From: an uncultured Flavobacteriaceae bacterium
GTDB lineage: Bacteria; Bacteroidota; Bacteroidia; Flavobacteriales; Flavobacteriaceae
DNA length: 64,000 nucleotides
NCBI GenBank assembly: GCA_937136455.1
Contig: CAKZOO010000032.1
Coordinates: 27,383 to 91,382 of the forward strand
Direction of reading: 5' to 3'
The position numbers and the translations under genes are program-made. Every line of letters begins with the position of its first letter. The stretch's first letter is position 1. Shown here piece after piece: positions 29,923 to 37,356 of this stretch. A model generated the notes under the pieces. The model saw only the letters and a program-made list of their open reading frames with translations. It was not told where the DNA came from and ran no database searches.

Positions 29923-31773
29923 ATGTGCGGTATTGTGGGTTATATTGGGTCTAAAGAGGCCTATCCTATTATTATTAATGGTTTAAAGCGTTTGGAATAC
30001 AGGGGTTACGACTCGACAGGAGTAGTACTCTATAAAGAAAGTGATTTAGCACTTTGTAAAACCAAGGGAAAAGTAGCAGATTTAGAAGCGATCTCTTCAA
30101 AACTTGCTGAATCTAAATCAACTATAGGTATTGGTCATACCCGTTGGGCGACTCATGGGGAACCCAATGATGTCAACTCTCACCCACACTTATCAAACTC
30201 TGGAGAATTAGCGATTATACACAACGGTATAATTGAGAATTACGATGCGATCAAGACGCAGCTCATCAACAACGGATTTGTATTTCATTCAGATACCGAT
30301 ACAGAAGTTTTAATTAACTTGATTGAATACGTAAAACAACAAGAAGGTGTAAAGCTTGGAAAGGCTGTTCAAATTGCATTAAAACAAGTGATTGGAGCCT
30401 ATGCTATCGCCGTTTTTGACGTTAAGAAACCCAATGAAATTGTGGTGGCTAAACTCGGAAGTCCACTAGCTATTGGGATAGGAGAAGATGAGTATTTTAT
30501 TGCTTCTGATGCCACTCCGTTTATTGAGTTTACCAATAATGCTCTTTACCTTGAAGATGGTGAAATGGCTATTATTAGACAGGGGAGAGAACTCAGAGTA
30601 CGCAATATCAATGACGATATCAAGATTGAAAACCCAAATATTTCTACCTTAAATATCAGTTTGGATCAGATTGAGAAAAGTGGTTACGATCACTTTATGC
30701 TTAAAGAGATTCACGAACAACCCGATGTGGTTAGAGACACCCTTAGAGGTAGGCTCTTAGTAAATGAGGGTGTGATTAAAATGTCGAGTATTGACGATCA
30801 CCTCAATAAGTTTATTGGTGCAAAGCGTATTTTAATTATCGCCTGTGGAACCTCATGGCATGCAGGGCTTGTGGGAGAATACCTTATAGAAGATCTCGCT
30901 AGAATACCAGTAGAGGTTGAATACGCATCAGAGTTTCGTTATAGAAACCCAATTATTACCAAGGATGATATCGTAATTCCGATTTCACAATCAGGTGAAA
31001 CAGCAGATACTTTAGCAGCGATCAAGCTCGCTAAAGAAATGGGTGCCTTTGTCTATGGAATTTGTAATGTAGTGGGTAGTTCGATTGCTAGAGAAACACA
31101 CTCAGGAGCCTATACCCATGCTGGTCCAGAAATTGGAGTGGCTTCGACTAAAGCTTTTACAACTCAACTGACAGTTCTAGCACTCCTAGCAGCTAAAATA
31201 GCTGTGAGTAAAGGATCGATCAGTACCACAGAATTTCATCAATTCATCAATCAATTGGATCAAATTCCAAACAAGATTGCACAGGTGATGGAATCGGAGT
31301 CCAAGGCAAAAGAAATTGCAAAAGAATACGCAGATGCTACTAATTTCTTGTACTTAGGTCGAGGATATAATTTCCCAGTAGCACTCGAAGGAGCCTTGAA
31401 ACTCAAAGAAATCTCTTACATCCACGCAGAAGGATATCCTGCTGCTGAAATGAAGCACGGTCCTATCGCACTGATTGATGAGAATATGCCTGTAGTGGTC
31501 ATCGCGCCTAAGCGTGGTCATTACGAAAAGATTGTTTCCAATGTGATGGAAATCAAAGCTCGAAAGGGGAAAATCATTGCAATTGTTAGTAAAGGAGACA
31601 CAGAGATTGTTCAATTGGCTGACCACTATATTGAAATACCTGATAGTCCTGAGCCATTAACACCTATGATTACGACCATTCCTCTTCAATTCTTATCTTA
31701 CTATATCGCAGTCATTAGAGGCTGTAATGTAGATCAGCCTAGAAACTTGGCGAAGTCGGTTACGGTGGAGTAG
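29923..31773 (+). CDS. glmS: Glutamine--fructose-6-phosphate aminotransferase
   Basis: MCGIVG N-terminus, GHTRWATHG, SQSGETADT and C-terminal PRNLAKSVTVE. Confidence 0.98.
   Translation: MCGIVGYIGSKEAYPIIINGLKRLEYRGYDSTGVVLYKESDLALCKTKGKVADLEAISSKLAESKSTIGIGHTRWATHGEPNDVNSHPHLSNSGELAIIHNGIIENYDAIKTQLINNGFVFHSDTDTEVLINLIEYVKQQEGVKLGKAVQIALKQVIGAYAIAVFDVKKPNEIVVAKLGSPLAIGIGEDEYFIASDATPFIEFTNNALYLEDGEMAIIRQGRELRVRNINDDIKIENPNISTLNISLDQIEKSGYDHFMLKEIHEQPDVVRDTLRGRLLVNEGVIKMSSIDDHLNKFIGAKRILIIACGTSWHAGLVGEYLIEDLARIPVEVEYASEFRYRNPIITKDDIVIPISQSGETADTLAAIKLAKEMGAFVYGICNVVGSSIARETHSGAYTHAGPEIGVASTKAFTTQLTVLALLAAKIAVSKGSISTTEFHQFINQLDQIPNKIAQVMESESKAKEIAKEYADATNFLYLGRGYNFPVALEGALKLKEISYIHAEGYPAAEMKHGPIALIDENMPVVVIAPKRGHYEKIVSNVMEIKARKGKIIAIVSKGDTEIVQLADHYIEIPDSPEPLTPMITTIPLQFLSYYIAVIRGCNVDQPRNLAKSVTVE
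31762..31773 (+). repeat. attL-like direct repeat ACGGTGGAGTAG (last 12 nt of glmS)
   Basis: Matches 33559-33570 at 11/12 positions, with a 9-bp exact core GTGGAGTAG. Confidence 0.75.
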
Positions 31774-31844
31774 GGATAGGTGTTGAAGTTTCTTACCCCC
31801 AATTAAGGTATGTAAGTTTCTCAATATCAATTATTACCACACAC

Positions 31845-32093
31845 TTGTGGGAATCAAATTATTCTGAATATCAAGAGTATTTGTATAACGAAATAAAAGG
31901 GTTTAGAGAGGATTTTCTTACCCCTATGGGTTATGATATTTCTGTAATACTAAACAAGAGAGGTCTTAAAACACCTCGTGGAAGTGTTTTTAAGGGTAAT
32001 CATGTTCATTCAATTTATAAGAAAGGTAAGATTAGAGAGGAACGAATAAATCGTGAAGATATAGTAGAGGTTTCCGTTCCAATTTTTGAATAG
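31845..32093 (+). CDS. Serine-recombinase 'recombinase' DNA-binding-domain-like small protein (possibly a fragment)
   Basis: ISVILNKRGLKTPRGSVFKGNHVHSIY resembles the IA..LN..G..T.RG..W....V..I motif. TTG start, with the frame open back to 31743. Confidence 0.55.
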   Translation: MWESNYSEYQEYLYNEIKGFREDFLTPMGYDISVILNKRGLKTPRGSVFKGNHVHSIYKKGKIREERINREDIVEVSVPIFE

Positions 32094-32229
32094 ATACAAC
32101 TCGGAGGGAGTAGTTTTTGAGAATAATTTTACAATCATAAAAATGAAAAAAATTAACCCCCTCCTTATTGTATCCCCAACTACTCAAATTATCAGTAAAA
32201 AATAGTTGGTTGAATTATGAAAAAACAAG

Positions 32230-32505
32230 TTAGAGTTCTTGAAACTTTTTGAGTTCTATCTCACGAACCATTTCTTTATTGTTCAATTTATTTATCTCAA
32301 TCACTTTCTTTTCCAATAAGTATCCCATTACAGATACTGAATCTATCAATCTTCTATTCTTCCACTTAATACCTTTAAGTTTCCCATCTTTTAAGAATTG
32401 AAATATTGTCCTTCTTGATACTTCAAGTTGTTCTGAACAATCATCTACTGAAATCCATTTATAGGATTCAATACCTTCTATTTTTTCTTCAAAAGGATTC
32501 TCCAT
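32230..32505 (-). CDS. Excisionase-like HTH_17 DNA-binding protein
   Basis: WISVDDCSEQLEVSRRTIFQFLKDGKLKGIKWKNRRLIDSVSV fits the Xis/MerR-like HTH pattern. Confidence 0.75.
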   Translation of the reverse strand: MENPFEEKIEGIESYKWISVDDCSEQLEVSRRTIFQFLKDGKLKGIKWKNRRLIDSVSVMGYLLEKKVIEINKLNNKEMVREIELKKFQEL

Positions 32506-33059
32506 TACACGATTCCTCCTTTCAGGTTCTTAACCTCATCTACGATATACTTTTGTTGAGGGGTAGTAAGTTGAACATAGTTGTTCCAAGTGATTGAATA
32601 ATCTTCGTTAATCGTTCCAATTAACATTGGAAGGTTTCCACTATGTTCATAGATAGTTTTCTTTCCTCCTTCATTAACTATACCAATCATCTTACGATTA
32701 GAACCTTCACCAATCCATTGGAATGGTATGATTTGATTGAAGGAGTTCTGAACTTTTAGGAGTTTCTCATTCATCCTTAAATTATACGATGGGAAATGAG
32801 ATTCAAACCTCTTTACACGATTCACTAAATCCATGATTTTAGAAGTTTCCCATTCTGTGTTTTCTTTTAGAACCTTAATGAGTTCTTCCTTCCGAGAAGG
32901 GAGGAAACCTCGTTCAATAGTGTGTAAGATTGAGAGTTCCTCTAAAAATCTACTCCAAAAGGAAATACCTCCTTCTTTCATTACTTGTTTCAGAGAATCA
33001 ATTTCATAAAGTGGTGGTTGGTTCTCTTTGGGTAGTTGGTTGATGATGTTTTCTTCCAT
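32505..33059 (-). CDS. Hypothetical protein (184 aa, alanine-free), translationally coupled to the xis-like gene
   Basis: Intact ORF with ATG start. Its stop overlaps the next start. No recognisable family. Confidence 0.7.
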   Translation of the reverse strand: MEENIINQLPKENQPPLYEIDSLKQVMKEGGISFWSRFLEELSILHTIERGFLPSRKEELIKVLKENTEWETSKIMDLVNRVKRFESHFPSYNLRMNEKLLKVQNSFNQIIPFQWIGEGSNRKMIGIVNEGGKKTIYEHSGNLPMLIGTINEDYSITWNNYVQLTTPQQKYIVDEVKNLKGGIV

Positions 33060-33199
33060 AATATCTTTCTTTTTAGTTCATAGAGTGTGTTGTTGATTCA
33101 CACTACTTACTATAAGTATTACGGAAGATGATTTTTATGTTTTTATAATGAGATGATTTATTCGTGTTTATTTTTCTTAAATTGTAAATAAAAGAGAAA

Positions 33200-33526
33200 A
33201 TGAACGGAGACTATTTTTTATTACTTCTTATAGTTAGTGTTGTATTTGGGTATATTGGAAGGTATATATCCAAAGAGAAGAATAGAGATAAAACTGAAGG
33301 GTTTTTATTTGGATTCTTTTTATCAATATTTGGATTAATTATTCTTGGATTACTACCAACAAAAGAACCAATCATCAATAATGAGGTTTTGGAAGAAAAT
33401 GAACCTATTATTTTCAAGGATTCTCAAACCAAAAAGGAATTAGATGATGAGAGAAGTATGTATGTAAAATTCATCATTGTAATTATTATTGGTATAATTT
33501 CTTTCATAATATATAGTAATCAATAA
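33200..33526 (+). CDS. Small membrane protein (phage/MGE-type, alanine-free)
   Basis: Three hydrophobic segments and a K.R...GFLFGFFLSIFGLIILGLLP pattern. Confidence 0.7.
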   Translation: MNGDYFLLLLIVSVVFGYIGRYISKEKNRDKTEGFLFGFFLSIFGLIILGLLPTKEPIINNEVLEENEPIIFKDSQTKKELDDERSMYVKFIIVIIIGIISFIIYSNQ

Positions 33527-33558
33527 ATTATTCAAATACGATGAGAGTAAACTCAACA

Positions 33559-33570
33559 ACAGTGGAGTAG
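33559..33570 (+). repeat. attR-like direct repeat ACAGTGGAGTAG
   Basis: Copy of the glmS terminal codons (T-V-E-stop). Host-like composition (GATC, TCGA, then GC) resumes after it. Confidence 0.75.
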
Positions 33571-33604
33571 TTAGGATCGATTTTTCTTCTTTGATCGAAT
33601 TGGA

Positions 33605-33892
33605 TTAAGATGATTTAGGATGGAGCTTATCTTTATAGTTTAAAATGAGAATTATAATTCCAAATAGAAGGTGAAGAATACCAAAAATTAAATCTTCATT
33701 ATCCTCATTGATATACAATCTTCTAAAACCTACAAATAAGAAGAACAATCCATAAAAGTAATTGAAGATTGTTCGGTATTTATTTTTCTTTTCTTGAGAA
33801 ACTTTATACATGCGAATTGACAAGAAATTCATTGCAAAAAGCAGGGTTATCAAACCCAAAAAGAAATAAATGAAAAATTCTTTACCTAACAT
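33605..33892 (-). CDS. Small three-TM hypothetical membrane protein
   Basis: ATG-start ORF with three hydrophobic stretches. Confidence 0.6.
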   Translation of the reverse strand: MLGKEFFIYFFLGLITLLFAMNFLSIRMYKVSQEKKNKYRTIFNYFYGLFFLFVGFRRLYINEDNEDLIFGILHLLFGIIILILNYKDKLHPKSS

Positions 33893-33955
33893 GATAATTG
33901 TTTAAAGGTGTTATTAAAGTTACTCAAAACAGTTTAAGTTTAAAATTAATCGATT

Positions 33956-34507
33956 TTAACCCTCCAAAAAGTTCTTTCTAGATTTGGGCTTGGAAAACTT
34001 TTCTAAATTAAATTGATTGCTTTCTCCTTTTGGAATTGACAGAGAGTTCCATTGTTCTCCACATATCAAGACTCCTAGATAAACTAGTTGTCCAACGTGA
34101 TAGGAGTAGTGACAGAGCTGTCTATTGATGGACTCCATTACGGTATGTCCCTCGTTTCTGATGTAATTGATTTTTTCTAAATCGTCATGATTAAGTTTTT
34201 CAAGACTATTAAACAGTACTTCCCAGCCCTTGTTCCAAATTCTGATTAAATCTTCTTTGGATTGAATGGTATCATTAAATTCGTCTTCTCGGTTTCTCCA
34301 CTCTTTTTCACCATCGGTAGTTAAAAAATCTGTCCATCTTGAAATCATATTTCCACTGAGATGTTTAACAATGGTGTTAATGCTATTTGTTTGAGCATTG
34401 ACCTTATATGAAAGTTTAGTTTCTGGGATTTGATCAATAGTTTTATCTCCTAATTCTTTGTAATAATGGAATTGAAGAAGTGCTGATTTTAGATAGGAGG
34501 ATGCCAT
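33956..34507 (-). CDS. DUF1572 (DinB-superfamily) protein
   Basis: NSI..IVKHLSGNMISRWTDFLTTDGEK.WRNREDEF and HYSYHVGQ motifs. Confidence 0.9.
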   Translation of the reverse strand: MASSYLKSALLQFHYYKELGDKTIDQIPETKLSYKVNAQTNSINTIVKHLSGNMISRWTDFLTTDGEKEWRNREDEFNDTIQSKEDLIRIWNKGWEVLFNSLEKLNHDDLEKINYIRNEGHTVMESINRQLCHYSYHVGQLVYLGVLICGEQWNSLSIPKGESNQFNLEKFSKPKSRKNFLEG

Positions 34508-34537
34508 ATTTAAATGTAGTTATTTTTTATGAGAGTA

Positions 34538-34662
34538 TAATCCCTCTACTAGTGATCTATCGTTACTTTAAATATGAAAACGAACTCATTGAAGCACATG
34601 GAAAAGATGTACTAAATTTTCAAATAAGTGTTTTTTTAATCTTGACTATTTGTGTTTATTAA
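34538..34662 (+). pseudogene. DUF4870-like gene fragment
   Basis: IIPLLVIYRYFKYENELIEAHGKDVLNFQISVFLI resembles the DUF4870 HGK..LNFQIS signature. It has no proper start and is cut off by the convergent gene. Confidence 0.5.
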
Positions 34663-35788
34663 ATAAACTCGCTTTTACACTGTAATAGAGATTGACCAAA
34701 AGGTGAGATCCAATAAAAGTCAAGAGTATAATTATAAAGTAACTCAGTATGTTTGGTATTCCCAGTTTCAAAACAGGAATGGCTACAACTCCCATAACCA
34801 CCATATGTACGATATAGATATAATAGGAGTTTCTATTGATCGTTTTCATCCAATTAATAGGTCGGTTGAGGTATTTGAAATAGGGATAAATCAAAATATG
34901 CATAAAGCTTAATGTACAGAGGTAAATTGAACTGTAGTAAACGAGTCGGTCTCCAAATGAGGAGATGAAATAATACTCTCTTGTAGGGTCTATTATATTG
35001 TAAAACAAATTGAGACCAACAGTAGTGTAGATCGTAATTCCAATACTCATTATGATATTGGAAACAATGTATGGAGTCTTACTTAAAGGTTTACTAAAGT
35101 GTTCTAATTGATAGCTCTTAGTGCCTAATAAAAAGAACAATAAGTAGGGGAGTAATCGCTCGTTTTGAAAATCCAATAAAACTCCAAGAGTCCATCCCTT
35201 AAATCCTAATTTTGAGATGAGCATACTGTAAGCAATACTGAGTATAAAGGTATATGCGATTGCTTTAGAAATACTCAGATTGTTGTTTAATAATTTAAAT
35301 CGATGTAATAGGAGGTAACACATTTGAAACAAAAACAGAACGGGTAAAAACCAAAGCCAATTTTGATTGGGATCATTTGAAAACAGACTTAAATCTGTTC
35401 CAATTCGTTTGTAAAAGTGAAAATAACTAAACCACTCCTCTTGGGGTAGACCTCTATTAAATAGAAAAAGTATTTTGTAAATAGGGATGATTATTAGAAT
35501 CCCAAAAAGCCAAGGTAGGATGATGCGCTTCAATTTTGAGCGAATGAGCTCTTTGTAGTTATTGTTTTTTGCGGAATGTGCGATGAAAAAACCAGCGATG
35601 TAAAAGAAGGTAAACATCACAAAGGTATCGAGATACATTCCGATTAATCCAAGGTTTTCAGATTTGGTTTCACTGATTATAACCCATGAATTTAAAAGGC
35701 CACTGGTAAAGATAAATTGAGTGTGATAAACAATGACTAATAAGATCATCAGACTTCTGAGATGATCTAAAAAATAGATGCGTTTCAT
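34646..35788 (-). CDS. Acyltransferase-3 family (OpgC/MdoC-like) membrane acyltransferase
   Basis: RIYFLDHLRS...VIVYH, FFYIAGFF, KLKRIILP, WLWFLPVLF and SYYIYIVH motifs. Confidence 0.85.
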   Translation of the reverse strand: MKRIYFLDHLRSLMILLVIVYHTQFIFTSGLLNSWVIISETKSENLGLIGMYLDTFVMFTFFYIAGFFIAHSAKNNNYKELIRSKLKRIILPWLFGILIIIPIYKILFLFNRGLPQEEWFSYFHFYKRIGTDLSLFSNDPNQNWLWFLPVLFLFQMCYLLLHRFKLLNNNLSISKAIAYTFILSIAYSMLISKLGFKGWTLGVLLDFQNERLLPYLLFFLLGTKSYQLEHFSKPLSKTPYIVSNIIMSIGITIYTTVGLNLFYNIIDPTREYYFISSFGDRLVYYSSIYLCTLSFMHILIYPYFKYLNRPINWMKTINRNSYYIYIVHMVVMGVVAIPVLKLGIPNILSYFIIILLTFIGSHLLVNLYYSVKASLFNKHK

Positions 35789-35814
35789 CGGAAGAGAAAT
35801 TAAACTAAAGATAC

Positions 35815-35845
35815 AAAAACCCCCTTAGAGTCTCTAAGGGGGTTT
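35815..35845 (-). terminator. Intrinsic terminator after the MFS gene
   Basis: Inverted repeat AAACCCCCTTAGAG-T-CTCTAAGGGGGTTT with a T-run on the minus strand. Confidence 0.8.
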
Positions 35846-35870
35846 AGGTTTTGTTTGTTTACTTGTTCTC

Positions 35871-37079
35871 TTATGCTGTAGCAACTTTTGATTTGCGTTG
35901 CCAGAAGTATAAAATGGTAAAAAGCACGATTAAGATTCCTGGGAAGCTAATCATATAGGTCAGAGTTTGCTGTCCTGCTGCTAGTTCAAGTGCTGTTCCA
36001 GTAAGTCCTTTTGCAGCTTGTTCTGCAGTCGAAGTATCGATCCAACCTCCAATAATCGCTTGGAAAATTGAAGTAGAAAACATCCCAACAGCTCCGATAA
36101 TAGACATTCCAATCGCTCCGCTTAAAGGAATTTTCTCTGCAACAAATCCAATCATATTCGGCCAGAAGTAACACACCCCTACCGCAAACGTAAAGGCAGC
36201 TACGTACACCATAGCGCCAGTTTGAGTACTGAAGAGGTAAATACCAAGAGCTGCAATGATAGCTGAGCCTAATAATACTCCTGTTTGATCTAATTTGTGA
36301 ACCATATCTCCTCCAAAGTATCTTCCAACTGCCATAACTCCTGTAACAAGAGCGAGGATTACCATTGGTTGTGCACCACTACTACTCAAGATTAAGCTGG
36401 TCCATTGTTGTGGTCCAAACTCTGATATTGCAGTAAGAGCCATTGCAGCAATCATAAAAATGTACAGTGGAGATAACATTGCTTTTAAGTTTTCTTTTAA
36501 AGAAGTAACACCTTCTTGCTTTGGTTTTGGGAATTGTTGACCCCAGAATAAATAAGCGTAAATAAGTGTTGGGATCATGATAATCCAGATTTGAGCCTGC
36601 CAACCAAGACTGAGATCAGTCATGAATTTAGATACTAACGATCCAACAACAATTCCTCCTGGGAACCACATATGGAAACGATTTAAATGTGTATTCATCG
36701 CTTTTCCTTCATAAGTATCTGCAATCATTGGATTACAAGCAGCTTCGGTGCATCCATTTCCAATCCCGATAAAAAGAGTTGAAACAAGTAGTCCAGTGTA
36801 ACCACCACTATAGATGGTGAGTATGATTCCTAAGGTGTGTGCGATAAATGCAAATTGCATGATTCGTTTAGGGCCTAATGTGTGATAGAAAAGACCTCCT
36901 AAAACCATCGCAATAGGAAATCCTAAGAACCACATTGAATTGATAAATCCTAATTGTTGACCACTCAGGTCAAAGGCATCTGCTAATTGAGGTAGAATCC
37001 CAGCTCTGATGCTGAATGAAAATGCCGTTGTAATGAGTGCAAAACAACTGGCGTAAAATAATCGTTTACTGTTAATCAT
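35871..37079 (-). CDS. MFS transporter (sugar permease-like)
   Basis: About 12 TM segments with GNGCTEAACNP and LNRFHMWFPGG motifs. Confidence 0.88.
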   Translation of the reverse strand: MINSKRLFYASCFALITTAFSFSIRAGILPQLADAFDLSGQQLGFINSMWFLGFPIAMVLGGLFYHTLGPKRIMQFAFIAHTLGIILTIYSGGYTGLLVSTLFIGIGNGCTEAACNPMIADTYEGKAMNTHLNRFHMWFPGGIVVGSLVSKFMTDLSLGWQAQIWIIMIPTLIYAYLFWGQQFPKPKQEGVTSLKENLKAMLSPLYIFMIAAMALTAISEFGPQQWTSLILSSSGAQPMVILALVTGVMAVGRYFGGDMVHKLDQTGVLLGSAIIAALGIYLFSTQTGAMVYVAAFTFAVGVCYFWPNMIGFVAEKIPLSGAIGMSIIGAVGMFSTSIFQAIIGGWIDTSTAEQAAKGLTGTALELAAGQQTLTYMISFPGILIVLFTILYFWQRKSKVATA

Positions 37080-37356
37080 GAGTTTAATTTGTTTAATTGG
37101 AATCCTAATTTATGGTATTTTTTTTAAACAAATGTCATCATGTAAAAAATACACAAAAGAAAATTTTATTTTTATTTTTTTAAAAGCAAAAAAAATCTAC
37201 TTGATTTAAAATACAGATTTAAAAGCTTCGAATTCAATGAAAAAGAAGTTTGAATCACTGATCCAACGTTCCAGTATTGTTAATGTAGCGTTAGATTTTT
37301 TGATACTTAAATAAAAAAAAGCAGTATATTGTATTGATATTTAATTCAAACAAATT

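Larger units (their letters stand above)
31774..33570. mobile_element. Small GpC-free integrated element / remnant at the glmS 3' end
   Basis: Flanked by a duplication of the glmS 3' end. Encodes a recombinase-domain-like ORF and an excisionase-like HTH. The compositional break (no GC dinucleotide) coincides with the repeats. No full integrase is present. Confidence 0.8.

Noticed and set aside
31735-31802. Minus-strand integrase C-terminus reading into glmS (LGVRNFNTYPYSTVTDFAKFLG)
   Set aside because: The frame is closed by a TAA at 31803-31805, leaving about 22 codons that are mostly antisense glmS.
31774-33570. Tn7 or CAST insertion at attTn7
   Set aside because: No tnsABCD or cas genes, no recognisable Tn7 ends or 5-bp target duplication. 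The duplication covers the glmS end itself.
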